A model generated the notes under the pieces. That model was not told where the DNA came from and searched no databases. It worked only from the letters and a program-made list of their open reading frames with translations. Of a stretch of DNA of 64,000 bases, positions 1-10,794 are shown in pieces; the first letter of the stretch is position 1, and the number at the start of each line of letters is the position of its first letter. Source of the stretch: Escherichia phage vB_EcoM_EP32a; sequence record OR544954. One strand, given 5' to 3'. The translations under genes were made by a program, and so were the position numbers.

Positions 1-264
1 AGAAACAGTATCCCCGCATGAAATTGGGTCAGCCATTTGAACGGCCTTTTTACCGGTGACGTATACTTTAGATGTACGAGGTTCAGTAACACCTCCATGA
101 GTCTCGTATGGTTTTTTAATTTCTGTATGAGGTGTTATTTGGTCTCCTGCCACAAGAACAGGAATACCGCCGGTGAACACTTTAGATTGGGAAGCATTTA
201 TTACAGTAGGAGGCCATGCTTCATGACCTGTTGTAACGCACTTGTCGTAACTTAAGCCAGACAT
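1..264 (-). CDS. 5.4: PAAR-repeat baseplate spike tip protein gp5.4, N-terminal part (gene runs past window start)
   Basis: Minus-strand ATG at 264-262; translation [33 protein letters not shown]... is recognisable as T4 gp5.4; sits directly downstream of the gene 5 operon. Confidence 0.8.
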   Translation of the reverse strand, partial: MSGLSYDKCVTTGHEAWPPTVINASQSKVFTGGIPVLVAGDQITPHTEIKKPYETHGGVTEPRTSKVYVTGKKAVQMADPISCGDTVS

Positions 265-266
265 TT

Positions 267-782
267 TCACGGCCTCACATAAACGTAGTTTCGTAATTGA
301 TGAGCCCATTTGCTCCAATTTCCTACTATAGTTTTTGTATAAACCTTAGTAAGAGTTTTTTGTACTGGAGCCGGTGGAGGTTCTGTACCAGAGTCACTTC
401 TAGAACCGCCTGATGAACTTTCTTCTTGGTAGTTATAAATCATTTCAACCGTATAACTAAACACTTTACGAAGATTCTGAGGAGCTCTCCACAAATATAA
501 CTGGGTTGATTCATCTTTTGGTAAATCATCCCATGAAGATGCGGTTTCAAAATTATCATTTAATCGGTATTTCAATGCGTCTGAAGAAAAGCTAAACACA
601 CTTTCATATGTTCCATATAAACGATTACCATCTACCGTAATGCCTTGTGTCGGTTCATAATCTGTTATATTTATTGACACTAAAGTTTCGGTTGTTTCTA
701 ACTGTGGAGTAAAAAGGACGTCAATAGACGCCCCTTCCATGTCTTCTCCTAAGTCGGTATTTAAAGGAAGTATTTGTGCCAT
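267..782 (-). CDS. hypothetical protein downstream of gp5 (171 aa, T4 5.1 position)
   Basis: Six-frame ORF; start 4 nt after gp5 stop, stop 3 nt before gp5.4 start. Confidence 0.6.
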   Translation of the reverse strand: MAQILPLNTDLGEDMEGASIDVLFTPQLETTETLVSINITDYEPTQGITVDGNRLYGTYESVFSFSSDALKYRLNDNFETASSWDDLPKDESTQLYLWRAPQNLRKVFSYTVEMIYNYQEESSSGGSRSDSGTEPPPAPVQKTLTKVYTKTIVGNWSKWAHQLRNYVYVRP

Positions 783-785
783 ATA

Positions 786-2519
786 TTACCCAATATCAAT
801 ACGAGATCCGTCAACAGTGTATTGTCCTGAAGCTACTGAGCTCATTGTAGACATTGTTTCTGCCCAATCCCCTGCAACAGTCATATCAACATTACCGTTA
901 ACAGTCCATTTAACGTTTCCGTTGACGGTGTAATCATGATTCCCTTCGACCTGAGTTTTAGCATCACCTTTAACAAGAATATCTGCATTTCCGTCAACAA
1001 CTATTTTGATATTCCCCTTAACGTAAAGAGTTCCATCACCTTCAACAGTTTTAGTTTGATTACCACGAATAAAGATTGTGTCATTGCCGTCTATTTGATG
1101 GAGGCGGTCTGCCATGTTATAATATATTTCATTAGCGCCAACGTTAACAAGCTTATCGCCAGAAATCAAGAAGTTCCCATCACCATTAGTGATGTCATAA
1201 AGGTCTTCTACAGTTTTACGAGTACGACGCCCGGACGGAGAAACTTCCTCATATGACCCTGTTGGATGAACTAAGCGATAACGTTCATTACCTGGAGTAT
1301 CGTCAAATTCTTGGATATGACCACTTTCTGTTTCCATAGCATGAACGTATGGATACTCACCACGATAACTTGATTCTGGTTCTTTAAAAAGGATGCGTGA
1401 ATCTAATGGAACAGGAGGACCAGCCGGGTCTTCTGAATCGGTATTTCTAGTAACTAAATCGGCACCAACTCCTGGTGAAGGAGGTGTTTTAACAGGAACA
1501 CCGTATGATTCCATATTACCTGTTAAAATAATTGTTGTTACACGTGAAGCGCGTCCTTTAGTCTGTTGGAACCATAATGAATCGCGCCCAGATTTGTATG
1601 CAGTTTTCCAATCACCTTCGGCCATTGCTTTAAGCATAGTATTGAATTTTGCTACACCACCAACGCCCATTTGGAAGCACATGTTTTCTAATGCCATTTG
1701 GCGAGATCTGTTCATTTTAGCATAAACAGGACCCACTTTAGAATTAGAACGAATGTCTTTCTGCATCTTAGCAAGGTCTTTCTCAAATAACGCTGTTGCT
1801 TCTTCTAATGTAATAGTCCCGGGATTTCCTGTTACTTCACGCCCTACTTGATCAGATAACAATTTATTAATTCGAGACATATCTCGGGTCTTTTCCATTA
1901 CGATAAGGTGTCCAATACCTACTGTAGGATACCCGAGATGGTCCCAATACACTTTATCACGAAGACCTTCGTCACGACGTAACATTTCTGTTATTGTAAA
2001 ATTAGGGTCATCATCTTCTGGAATATTTGCTAAATCTGTATCATCTGGGTTTATACCATAATCCAAGTTGTTATCTTGAATTACGTTAGAGTTCGAATAA
2101 TAACCAGCTTCACCACCTTGGTTTAATACGTTCGTATCATTACCTAAACGTCGTGGATATTGACCTGTAGGGTCGGAAAAACCTTCGAGTCTATTAGGCT
2201 TTTCGCGTACAATTCCACCGTATGTACCGAGTACAATACCGTTTGTTTTCCATTTGTCTAAGAAATGACCATATACTCTAGTTCCTTCAACAGGACCTGT
2301 AACAGAACCACCAATACCTGACATTGACGCAGACGTAATAGGTTGAATAACAGTCATCCACGGAAGTTTTTCTGTAGGAATACCTTGTACGTCACCTTGT
2401 GCTCTCTGTGCCGGATGAAGACCAACGACTCGAACTCGAACTCGCCCTTGTTTTAATGGGTCCATTCTGTCCTCGACAACACCAACGAACCAATTAAGGC
2501 TACTGCTAATCATTTCCAT
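786..2519 (-). CDS. 5: baseplate hub subunit and tail lysozyme gp5
   Basis: 577-aa ORF (T4 gp5 is 575 aa); internal lysozyme domain (GYPTVGIGHL, GREVTG...EEA); C-terminal beta-helix repeats (VxGN/VDGN). Confidence 0.95.
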   Translation of the reverse strand: MEMISSSLNWFVGVVEDRMDPLKQGRVRVRVVGLHPAQRAQGDVQGIPTEKLPWMTVIQPITSASMSGIGGSVTGPVEGTRVYGHFLDKWKTNGIVLGTYGGIVREKPNRLEGFSDPTGQYPRRLGNDTNVLNQGGEAGYYSNSNVIQDNNLDYGINPDDTDLANIPEDDDPNFTITEMLRRDEGLRDKVYWDHLGYPTVGIGHLIVMEKTRDMSRINKLLSDQVGREVTGNPGTITLEEATALFEKDLAKMQKDIRSNSKVGPVYAKMNRSRQMALENMCFQMGVGGVAKFNTMLKAMAEGDWKTAYKSGRDSLWFQQTKGRASRVTTIILTGNMESYGVPVKTPPSPGVGADLVTRNTDSEDPAGPPVPLDSRILFKEPESSYRGEYPYVHAMETESGHIQEFDDTPGNERYRLVHPTGSYEEVSPSGRRTRKTVEDLYDITNGDGNFLISGDKLVNVGANEIYYNMADRLHQIDGNDTIFIRGNQTKTVEGDGTLYVKGNIKIVVDGNADILVKGDAKTQVEGNHDYTVNGNVKWTVNGNVDMTVAGDWAETMSTMSSVASGQYTVDGSRIDIG

Positions 2520-3094
2520 TATGCAATCTCCATCTCACGAATCAAATCTGTGATAAACGAGTTTATATCTTCTTTTGCAACAATTTTTATTTTACGAAGT
2601 TTTTCATTATCTAATACTGCCGCTTCATAAGTATCTACTGCAGCTAAAGGTCCTTTATATTGCGGATACTTACGAGCTTCATCACCTTTATCGTACCACA
2701 CTAAAGGCTCGTCCGGATATGAAACCAAATTGTAAAATTTCTCACGGTTCTCGTTAATATGATAAAGAATTTGGTCTCCGCCGGCATTTGCATATTTCTG
2801 AATAGAAGCTTGATACGCTGCTTCCTGAGATGTAATCCAACCATAATACGGGTCGTAGTTATCGTTGCACATCAAAAGAACCCAGTATAATTGTGGGTTT
2901 CCATAAATTATGTTTGCTAGTTCTTCAGGACGTGGAGAGCCTTTAATGTAATAAGAACGTAATCTATAATTGGCCGCCACACGCTTAAAGTACTCTTTAT
3001 AGTTACGAAATATGTCTGTCATAGGAATAGTAGGTGCATTCTTATTAACTGTTTTAGCACTATATCCTATTGGGTCGAAGAATGTAAATAACAA
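2519..3094 (-). CDS. 53: baseplate wedge protein gp53
   Basis: 191-aa ORF MLFTFFDPIGYSAKTVNKNAPTIPMTDIFRNY... matching T4 gp53; stop overlaps gp5 start. Confidence 0.9.
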   Translation of the reverse strand: MLFTFFDPIGYSAKTVNKNAPTIPMTDIFRNYKEYFKRVAANYRLRSYYIKGSPRPEELANIIYGNPQLYWVLLMCNDNYDPYYGWITSQEAAYQASIQKYANAGGDQILYHINENREKFYNLVSYPDEPLVWYDKGDEARKYPQYKGPLAAVDTYEAAVLDNEKLRKIKIVAKEDINSFITDLIREMEIA

Positions 3095-3121
3095 GATAGT
3101 CTCCTTCCAATATGAAATTGG

Positions 3122-3129
3122 TATAAATA
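3122..3129 (+). promoter_or_regulatory. late promoter (TATAAATA) for gene 4
   Basis: Exact T4 late-promoter octamer about 27 nt upstream of the gene 4 ATG. Confidence 0.6.
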
Positions 3130-3136
3130 ATAATAC

Positions 3137-3144
3137 TATTTATA
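3137..3144 (-). promoter_or_regulatory. late promoter (TATAAATA on minus strand) for gene 53
   Basis: Plus-strand tatttata is TATAAATA on the minus strand, about 43 nt upstream of the gp53 ATG; divergent from the gene 4 promoter. Confidence 0.55.
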
Positions 3145-3155
3145 AGGAGGACAAC

Positions 3156-3605
3156 ATGGCCTACTCTGGTAAATGGGTCCCAAAAAATTTAAAAAAATAC
3201 CGTGGAGACCATACCAAAATAACGTATCGTTCAAACTGGGAAAAATTCTTTTTCGAATGGTTGGATAAAAATCCAGAAATTATTGCATGGGGTAGTGAAA
3301 CAGCAGTAATTCCATATTTTTGTAATGCTGAAGGTAAGAAACGTCGATACTATATGGACATATGGATGAAAGATGCATCAGGCCAAGAGTTTTTTGTAGA
3401 AATAAAACCAAAGAAAGAAACTCAACCACCTATTAAGCCCGTAAATCTTACGACCGCAGCAAAGAAACGTTATATGAATGAAATCTACACGTGGTCTGTG
3501 AACTGTGACAAATGGAAAGCTGCTTCAGCTGTTGCTGAAAAGAGAAATATAAAATTTCGAGTTCTAACCGAAGATGGACTTAGGAAACTCGGATACAAGG
3601 GGTAA
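3156..3605 (+). CDS. 4: head completion protein gp4
   Basis: [43 protein letters not shown]... matches T4 gp4; start moved to the internal ATG preceded by AAGGAGG. Confidence 0.9.
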   Translation: MAYSGKWVPKNLKKYRGDHTKITYRSNWEKFFFEWLDKNPEIIAWGSETAVIPYFCNAEGKKRRYYMDIWMKDASGQEFFVEIKPKKETQPPIKPVNLTTAAKKRYMNEIYTWSVNCDKWKAASAVAEKRNIKFRVLTEDGLRKLGYKG

Positions 3606-3607
3606 TT

Positions 3608-4429
3608 ATGAGCATATTCCAAATTATATCTGAAGGCGTACAAGCCCCTAAGATTGCTCAGTCTATGAATGAAAGAAAATGGATTGAGATAGGATTAGAA
3701 TACAAGAAAGCTAAAGAGAAAGGAATCACTGCAAAAGCATTTGCAGAATCAAAAGGAATAAAATACTCGTCGTTTACATCTGCAATGTCTAGATATGCAT
3801 CATCTATTAAGACTGCACAGAAAATTGAAACGCTTGAATCTAAACCTAAAAATAAACTCAATAAGCAAGAACGTCAACTTCTGATGATAAACTCGTTTCG
3901 CAGTTCAATACGAGAAAAGATTAGAAATGAAGGCGCAGCAGTAAACAACAAATCATCTAAGTGGTTTGTTGAAACAATTAAGAAAAGTGTAAAAGGTCAT
4001 AAAGTAGTCAAACCTACGCCAGGCAAAATTTATACTTACGTTTATGATGCTAAACATAAAGATACTCTGCCATACTGGGACCGATATCCTTTGATTATTT
4101 ATTTAGGATTAGGTAAACATAATTTGATGTATGGGTTAAACTTGCACTATATCCCACCTAAAGCGCGTCAACAGTTTCTTGAAGAATTGCTGAAGCAATA
4201 TGCTAGCACAACTACTATTACTAATAACACAAAGTTGAAAATAGACTGGAGTAAGGTGAAAGGATTTCAAGGTGCTGACAAAATGATTAAAGCATACTTG
4301 CCAGGCCACATTAGAGGAACAATAACAGAAATAGCTCCTAAAGACTGGGCTAACATAATCATGTTACCTACTCAGCAGTTTATGTCAAAAGGAAAACGTT
4401 TCTCTGCGAATACTGTTTGGAAATCTTAA
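3608..4429 (+). CDS. 2: DNA end protector protein gp2
   Basis: 273-aa ORF (T4 gp2 is 274 aa), conserved position between genes 4 and 3. Confidence 0.9.
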   Translation: MSIFQIISEGVQAPKIAQSMNERKWIEIGLEYKKAKEKGITAKAFAESKGIKYSSFTSAMSRYASSIKTAQKIETLESKPKNKLNKQERQLLMINSFRSSIREKIRNEGAAVNNKSSKWFVETIKKSVKGHKVVKPTPGKIYTYVYDAKHKDTLPYWDRYPLIIYLGLGKHNLMYGLNLHYIPPKARQQFLEELLKQYASTTTITNNTKLKIDWSKVKGFQGADKMIKAYLPGHIRGTITEIAPKDWANIIMLPTQQFMSKGKRFSANTVWKS

Positions 4430-4531
4430 TTCTATTCTCTTCCGTTCGTCTGATATTCTATTGAACCGGATTAATGGAAGAGACCTAAAACCATTATACT
4501 GCATTTTTATTAAAGCGTTTTTGAGGTGCTT

Positions 4532-5116
4532 ATGACTCGTCCAGCGAGACAGATTTTTAACCAAACAAATATAACAAACTTTGTTGTGGATATCCCAGAT
4601 AGTACACGAACTTCAGGTTTTGTGCTCAATGCCCAAACGGCTCCATTGCCAGGTGTGAGAATTCCTGTTGTTGAAACTGTGACAGGCACAATGGGGCTAG
4701 GACGTGCAATGCGTGCAGGCACCACATTTGAATATGACCCTTTTATTGTACGATTTATAGTTGATGAAGACATGACGTCCTGGATGAACATGTATAAATG
4801 GATGCTCAGCACTAATAACTATATAACCGGCCATAATACAGCCCACTCTGATGGTCCTGAGTTTGTTACTTTGCACATTTTAAACAACAATAAGACCGAA
4901 GTAGTTTTGACGGCAAATTTCTATAAACCATGGATTTCTGATTTGAGTGAAATTGAATTTAGTTACACTGAAGACTCCGACCCTGCCGTTACGTGCGTAG
5001 CAACTATTCATTACGCTTATATGACGATAGAAAAAGATGGTGAAGTCATTGTATCTCAACAACCACGTCAAGCGGTCGAATCTAAATCCATTTCTAGACA
5101 CCCTTCCTTGCGTTAA
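4532..5116 (+). CDS. 3: tail completion / sheath stabiliser gp3
   Basis: ORF beginning MTRPARQIFNQTNITNFVVDIPDS...; ATG at 4532 preceded by GAGG. Confidence 0.85.
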   Translation: MTRPARQIFNQTNITNFVVDIPDSTRTSGFVLNAQTAPLPGVRIPVVETVTGTMGLGRAMRAGTTFEYDPFIVRFIVDEDMTSWMNMYKWMLSTNNYITGHNTAHSDGPEFVTLHILNNNKTEVVLTANFYKPWISDLSEIEFSYTEDSDPAVTCVATIHYAYMTIEKDGEVIVSQQPRQAVESKSISRHPSLR

Positions 5117-5143
5117 TCGCTTCTAGCTCCGTATGTTATAATC
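5117..5143 (+). promoter_or_regulatory. candidate middle promoter upstream of gene 1
   Basis: tcGCTTctA (MotA-box-like) followed 12 nt later by TATAAT, within an extended TGTTATAAT. Confidence 0.35.
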
Positions 5144-5169
5144 ACTCATAAATTATATGAGGAAAACCT

Positions 5170-5904
5170 ATGGAGCTAATCTTTTTAAGCGGCATCAAAC
5201 GTAGTGGTAAAGACACCACTGCTGATTACATCAATTCAAACTTTAAATCCGTAAAATATCAATTGGCATATCCAATTAAAGACGCTCTAGCAATAGCCTG
5301 GGGACGTAGGCATGCTGAAAATCCTGATGTATTCACAGAGTTGAAATACGAATACTTTGAAGGCATTGGATACGACCGTGAAACACCATTAAATCTCAAT
5401 AAGTTGGATGTTATTGAATTATTGGAAGAAGCGCTAATTTATTTGCAAAGCCAATATTTACCAATTAATAATGTTAAAGTATTATCATCGTTAGAAGGTG
5501 GATATTCGTATCTAGATATTAAACCATATGAAGCCCTGCGTGAAGCTATAAATAATATCAACGACACATGGTCAATCCGCCGTCTTATGCAAGCCCTCGG
5601 TACGGATGTTGTCGTTAATTTATTTGACCGTATGTATTGGGTTAAACTTTTTGCATTAAACTATATGGATTATATTGGAAGTGATTTCGATTACTATGTC
5701 GTAACCGATACACGTCAAGTCCATGAAATGGAAACCGCTAGAGCGATGGGTGCTACAGTTATTCATGTGGTTCGCTCTGGTACGGAATCCACCGATAAAC
5801 ATATTACAGAAGCTGGGTTGCCTATTGAAGAAGGCGATTTAGTTATTACAAACGACGGCTCTTTAGAAGAGCTTTATTCTAAAATTGAAACAATCTTAAG
5901 GTAA
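5170..5904 (+). CDS. 1: deoxynucleoside monophosphate kinase gp1
   Basis: P-loop FLSGIKRSGKDT; 244 aa (T4 gp1 is 241 aa); conserved synteny. Confidence 0.9.
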   Translation: MELIFLSGIKRSGKDTTADYINSNFKSVKYQLAYPIKDALAIAWGRRHAENPDVFTELKYEYFEGIGYDRETPLNLNKLDVIELLEEALIYLQSQYLPINNVKVLSSLEGGYSYLDIKPYEALREAINNINDTWSIRRLMQALGTDVVVNLFDRMYWVKLFALNYMDYIGSDFDYYVVTDTRQVHEMETARAMGATVIHVVRSGTESTDKHITEAGLPIEEGDLVITNDGSLEELYSKIETILR

Positions 5905-5908
5905 TAAA

Positions 5909-6594
<686 letters not shown>

Positions 6595-6607
6595 TTTTTA
6601 CAAAACA

Positions 6608-6637
6608 GTTTACATAAGGATGATGGTGTGTTACTAT
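6608..6637 (+). promoter_or_regulatory. early sigma70-type promoter (GTTTAC -35, TACTAT -10) within a palindrome
   Basis: GTTTAC at 6608-6613, -10 at 6632-6637, inverted repeat aggatgat...atcatcct around the -10. Confidence 0.5.
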
Positions 6638-6671
6638 CATCCTATCAAATAAACAGCCTCAAGGAAATAAA

Positions 6672-6959
6672 ATGAAAACCTATAAAGAATTTATATCACC
6701 TGTTGCTAACGTTTCTACTCTGACCGAAGCATCCCTTACTTCTGAAGTTATTAAAACAAATAAAGGACGTGAGGGTAAACCAATGATTAGTCTGGTTGAT
6801 GGTGAAGAAGTAAAAGGTACTGTTTACTTAGGGGATGGATGGTCTGCTAAGAAAGATGGCGCTACTATTGTTATCTCTCCGGCTGAAGAGACTGCACTGT
6901 TTAAAGCTAAGCATATTTCTGTAGCTCAGCTTAAAATTATTGCAAAAACTCTTCTGTAA
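6672..6959 (+). CDS. ipI: internal protein (ipI-like) with capsid targeting sequence
   Basis: N-terminal MKTYKEFI is the T4 CTS consensus; 95 aa, same as the T4 IPI precursor; T4 ipI position after 57B. Confidence 0.7.
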   Translation: MKTYKEFISPVANVSTLTEASLTSEVIKTNKGREGKPMISLVDGEEVKGTVYLGDGWSAKKDGATIVISPAEETALFKAKHISVAQLKIIAKTLL

Positions 6960-6963
6960 GTAG

Positions 6964-6992
6964 TTTACATGCTGATAGGACTATGTTATAGT
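6964..6992 (+). promoter_or_regulatory. early promoter cassette (GTTTAC ... TGTTATAGT) with palindrome around the -10
   Basis: GTTTAC 6964-6969, 17-nt spacer, TATAGT 6987-6992, flanked by ataggacta / tagtcctat. Confidence 0.55.
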
Positions 6993-7029
6993 AGTCCTAT
7001 CAAATCAAATGAGTAAATGGAGAAATAAA

Positions 7030-7215
7030 ATGAAACGCGCTGAACTGATTCGTAATGTTGCTGTAGTAATTGCTTCAATGGCTTTTAGTTTTTCGATGTT
7101 TGTAGGATTCATTTGTGGACTACTGACAACAACTGAAAACTCTATCTCATTGGTAGTAGCATTTCTAATCGGCTTAATCGCTATCGTTATGGATAAAATT
7201 GCAAAAGGTGAGTAA
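7030..7215 (+). CDS. small membrane protein
   Basis: ATG after GGAG SD; hydrophobic segments VAVVIASMAFSFSMFVGFICGLL and VVAFLIGLIAIV. Confidence 0.5.
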   Translation: MKRAELIRNVAVVIASMAFSFSMFVGFICGLLTTTENSISLVVAFLIGLIAIVMDKIAKGE

Positions 7216-7216
7216 A

Positions 7217-7579
7217 ATGAAATATCACGTATATGCTGATTTTGAAGCAAATCCTTCTAAAGACCCGGATTGTCGTTTGATACGTAATCCGTTTGATTCA
7301 GCAGCTCAAGCATGGACTTGGATTAAATCTAAATCGCCTGGTTATATGTTCTTTGAAGTAGTCGATGACAATGGTACACTGCATCCAGAACCTACAGAAA
7401 CTATTAATTTCCTTCTGTTTGCTGGTTATGACTGTTATCCTCTTGGTGGTATTGACGACCTTGTTGCTACAGGAAAAACTGTTGAGGCTCTTCGCGAAAT
7501 TTATAAAAACGCAGAAGAAAATTTTGACTGGTATCATATTGTCAGTGCACATACTTTTGAAGTGGTGGAACACTCATGA
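7217..7579 (+). CDS. hypothetical protein
   Basis: 120-aa ORF, ATG preceded by GGTGAG. Confidence 0.5.
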   Translation: MKYHVYADFEANPSKDPDCRLIRNPFDSAAQAWTWIKSKSPGYMFFEVVDDNGTLHPEPTETINFLLFAGYDCYPLGGIDDLVATGKTVEALREIYKNAEENFDWYHIVSAHTFEVVEHS

Positions 7580-7646
7580 TTCTTTACGCTAAAGTAAAAT
7601 CTGTCGAGAACGGATATGAAAGCGACTAGTCGATGACTATGGTATT

Positions 7647-7847
7647 TTGACTAATTTTGAAGTTGAAAAGGTTTATATCGACCGTTCATCTTCGCAAGTT
7701 AAATTACTCTGTGAAGATGATAAATTTAACACAGTGAACTTTGATTTCTTTATTGAAACAGAAAAAGGCCCTCTTGAATATGATATTTTCAAGAATCCTT
7801 TGAAATTACGTTGCATTGAATATAATTACATTAATATGGTACGGTGA
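7647..7847 (+). CDS. hypothetical protein (TTG start only)
   Basis: 66-codon ORF with no ATG; weak. Confidence 0.25.
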   Translation: MTNFEVEKVYIDRSSSQVKLLCEDDKFNTVNFDFFIETEKGPLEYDIFKNPLKLRCIEYNYINMVR

Positions 7848-7851
7848 TTAA

Positions 7852-8367
7852 ATGAATATTCGTTTAGGCAGTACAATTCCTAAGGGCTACGTAATTGATG
7901 TCACTACCTAGGAAAATGATGGTGACAACTATAAAACCAAAACATTGTTTGAAGTGGAAGAGCATGAGCTCCAACAGTTTAAATATCTCTTGAAGAAATT
8001 TAAGAGTCGTCATTCTAGCACTAAAGCCGAACGTTATTGTGGTAATACACCATTCAGTGATTGCTCGCTTTTAATCTATGAATACTTGGTTGAAGGGCTG
8101 TTCTCAGACCAGCTTTATCCAGAATTTATTAAAAAGGTCTTTGATATTGAAGTCGACCTCGGTAATAAATCTGAAGAAGACGAAGCGCGTGTATTTGACC
8201 TGTTCCATGAGAATGGATATTTAGTATCAGAAGGTCTCATTGATATTCTTGGCCATGCTTCTGAATACTATGATTACGATTTCTTGCGTGTAGTTGAACG
8301 TGTCGAATTTGCTTATATTGAAGAAGAAATCGTTTTGCCAACCGTTAAAATGGTTGATTTGCTTTAA
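7852..8367 (+). CDS. hypothetical protein, reading frame interrupted by in-frame TAG at 7909-7911
   Basis: ATG 7852 with GGTGA SD opens MNIRLGSTIPKGYVIDVTT, then TAG, then the same frame continues ENDGDNYKTKTLFEVEEHELQQ... to 8367. Confidence 0.4.
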
Positions 8368-8446
8368 GAATTATGTGTTATTATTAATTCATACCCTCTA
8401 TTACCAAAGGTGCTCTAAAGTGCCTTTCATAATAGAAAGTTATTTA

Positions 8447-8520
8447 GGCCCTGTAGCTCAATGGTTAGCAGCAGTCCCCTCATAAGGGAAAGGTTACCAG
8501 TTCGAATCTGGTCTGGGTCA
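8447..8520 (+). tRNA. tRNA with CAU anticodon (Met, or Ile-AUA if lysidine-modified)
   Basis: Manual cloverleaf fold: acceptor GGCCCTG/CTGGGTC, T-arm ACCAG-TTCGAAT-CTGGT, anticodon loop CTCATAA; D-stem imperfect. Confidence 0.7.
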
Positions 8521-8526
8521 TATATT

Positions 8527-8603
<77 letters not shown>

Positions 8604-8621
8604 ACTTTAAGTGAGGAAAAT

Positions 8622-9017
8622 ATGAAAGGCAATGTTTATCTGGTAGTTCATGATTTAACGTTTTATTTTAACGAACGTGAAACAGTTATTTCCGACCGGT
8701 TGATTAATTCGTTATATCAACACGCTGATTACGTTTATTTCCAAAATGAATTTGGCCATTGGAAGTTCATTAAAAACCGTTCTGGGTTAACTAGTTTTGA
8801 ATACTTTGACCGTAAAGACCTTTTAAACGAAATCCCATTGCAACATCGGTTCCAGAAACGCGAATCATTATATTATTGCCGTCATATATCAAATGCTGAA
8901 TGTGTTGATGAAGTAATTAATCTATGGCGTAGACGTAGAGAAAACAAATTGATGATATGTCAAAATAAGAAGCCGGGTCGCTACCGGCAAGTCGTCGGAC
9001 TGATGTTCCCTGAGTAA
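8622..9017 (+). CDS. hypothetical protein
   Basis: ATG after GTGAGGAAAA; the listed 8574 start would overlap the tRNA. Confidence 0.55.
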   Translation: MKGNVYLVVHDLTFYFNERETVISDRLINSLYQHADYVYFQNEFGHWKFIKNRSGLTSFEYFDRKDLLNEIPLQHRFQKRESLYYCRHISNAECVDEVINLWRRRRENKLMICQNKKPGRYRQVVGLMFPE

Positions 9018-9029
9018 GGACTGGTCTTA

Positions 9030-9280
9030 ATAAATCTTTACGATTTGTTAATATCCCCTTACATCACAGCAGAAACGGCGCACCGAATTATCGATTCGAG
9101 GAAATATCTTTGCCGTAAGCCGAGTAGCGTTTTTGACGGAACGTTCGGATATGGTCGAGATATGGCCTTTTAAAAATATTGAGTAGCGTCAACTGCTTAA
9201 TAACCGGGTTCGAATCCCGGCGTTTCGTACAAACACTTTGCCTTAGTAGGTGGAACCCCGACAAGGTTGCCGCAAGGCTT
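9030..9280 (+). ncRNA. candidate small stable RNA(s) (tRNA-like; analogous to T4 RNA C/D region)
   Basis: About 250 nt with no ORF next to the tRNAs; T-arm-like CCGGG-TTCGAAT-CCCGG at 9204-9220; repeated GAGTAGCGT at 9122 and 9181; ends at a terminator. Confidence 0.3.
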
Positions 9281-9308
9281 AGCCCCTTCCGAAAGGTCGG
9301 GGCTTTTT
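9281..9308 (+). terminator. rho-independent terminator
   Basis: GCCCCttccgaaaggtcGGGGC hairpin followed by TTTTT. Confidence 0.6.
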
Positions 9309-9320
9309 GAGGAAAATGTT

Positions 9321-9623
9321 ATGAGTCTTTACACTGAACTGAATAAAAAATCTGAAGAATCTGCTGAAACTATTTTTAAAAACGTGCAAAAGCGTATTTT
9401 AGAAAAGATGTATAACGCTGCAGCTAAAGGTGAAAAATCTTGCCGGTTTCCGATTAGGTGTTCTTCCGATTTATGCGCAAATACTATTGAATGGTTGGAA
9501 AGTGAAGGTCTTACGGTAGAGAAAAACCCGGCGACTTCTATTGGCAGTGAATCATATATTAGTATTTCTTGGGATAAATCAACAAAATTAAAAATAATGA
9601 TGTACAAGCACCAAGGATGGTGA
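9321..9623 (+). CDS. hypothetical protein
   Basis: ATG after GAGGAAAA; 100 aa. Confidence 0.5.
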   Translation: MSLYTELNKKSEESAETIFKNVQKRILEKMYNAAAKGEKSCRFPIRCSSDLCANTIEWLESEGLTVEKNPATSIGSESYISISWDKSTKLKIMMYKHQGW

Positions 9624-9659
9624 TACTATAGACTTATCAACTACAAAGGAGTAAACAAA

Positions 9660-9824
9660 ATGACTACTTTAATTATTTGGTTCGATGAAAATGAAGAAAC
9701 ATACTGTGTGAATATTGGTGAAAGTCCAATGCCTGAATTTGAATCCTCAGATAAAAACTCTGTTGTATCTTGGGCTGAAGGTTATAAAGCCGCTAAAGGT
9801 GACGTTGAAATAATTTACATCTAA
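9660..9824 (+). CDS. small hypothetical protein (54 aa)
   Basis: ATG after AAGGAG, downstream of a promoter-like TACTATAGAC element; below the ORF-track size cutoff. Confidence 0.4.
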   Translation: MTTLIIWFDENEETYCVNIGESPMPEFESSDKNSVVSWAEGYKAAKGDVEIIYI

Positions 9825-9870
9825 GTAAGTTTATGTTATAGTAATCACATCAAATAAAGAGGAAAACAAA

Positions 9871-10098
9871 ATGGCTAAAGTTAGTATTGATGTCGTTGAT
9901 TATGAATACACCGAAGAAGTTATTCGCAACCGACACCCTGAAGTTCGTATCGATTCAGTCCAAGATTCCAAGTTCTGGACAACTGAGCTTAATCTGAGTG
10001 GTCCTTATGAAGCTGTTAAGAAGTTCATGGTTGAAGAATACTGCGAAGGCATGCACCCTGAAGATGCAGAATTTTATGTCAACTTGATTAAAAAATAA
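9871..10098 (+). CDS. hypothetical protein
   Basis: 75-aa ORF after promoter cassette 9811-9845 and AGAGGAAAA SD. Confidence 0.5.
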   Translation: MAKVSIDVVDYEYTEEVIRNRHPEVRIDSVQDSKFWTTELNLSGPYEAVKKFMVEEYCEGMHPEDAEFYVNLIKK

Positions 10099-10168
10099 TT
10101 TACAAACTCTCGAGAGCAGAGTATAATGCTCTCGTTGGATAATAAACCACCAATTGAAAGGTAATAAT

Positions 10169-10762
10169 ATGAACACACTGAAGAAACTTGTTGAATTCAT
10201 CCGCACTAAACTGGGTACTGCTATGGCTAAAAATCTGACTGTCGAAGAACAGTATAACGCAGCTGCAGATAAGTTGATTACCCAAATCAAAGAACTAAAA
10301 ACGGCTTCTGTTAAATCTATTAATGAAGAAAAACGTATTCGCGAACTTGTTAATGAAAAGAATAAGCAAGCCGCTTCTAAGGAACGTGAAATTCGTAAGC
10401 TCCTGGCTGAAGGACAAGATGTTACTATGCATGCTAAGCTTGGTCTTCTGTATCGTCGAACTGCCGAACAACTTAATACAAAAGCTGACGGGTATGCCGC
10501 TATGCGAATTGAAATTGCTCGTAAGGTGGTTGAACTTGATGATGCTCGTCAGAATCTGGCAATCAAACTCGAATACATTCGTGAAACTCGAGCAGCCAAT
10601 GCCCTTGGTATCTCTACGGCTGATGATGTAATTGAAATCGCTGCACTGACTAAGGTTGATATCGAAGACACTCTGACTCGTGTTGAAACGTTCAATGGCA
10701 CTCCAGCCGGTGTCGAAACCACTTCTGCTGATGTACAAGAATATATTAACTCTTTGAAATAA
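10169..10762 (+). CDS. coiled-coil protein (possible PspA/IM30-like architecture)
   Basis: 197 aa, heptad-rich helical sequence; resemblance to PspA is by pattern only. Confidence 0.5.
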   Translation: MNTLKKLVEFIRTKLGTAMAKNLTVEEQYNAAADKLITQIKELKTASVKSINEEKRIRELVNEKNKQAASKEREIRKLLAEGQDVTMHAKLGLLYRRTAEQLNTKADGYAAMRIEIARKVVELDDARQNLAIKLEYIRETRAANALGISTADDVIEIAALTKVDIEDTLTRVETFNGTPAGVETTSADVQEYINSLK

Positions 10763-10770
10763 AATAATAC

Positions 10771-10794
10771 GGAGGACTCCGGTCCTCCTTTTGG
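10771..10794 (+). terminator. rho-independent terminator
   Basis: GGAGGACTccGGTCCTCC hairpin followed by TTTT. Confidence 0.6.

Noticed and set aside
8294-8485. 63-aa ORF overlapping the first tRNA
   Set aside because: It overlaps a well-folded tRNA and has no SD; spurious.
10169-10762. Confident assignment of the 197-aa coiled-coil protein as PspA
   Set aside because: Similarity is limited to coiled-coil periodicity; no diagnostic motifs could be confirmed by eye, so it is left as a low-confidence suggestion.
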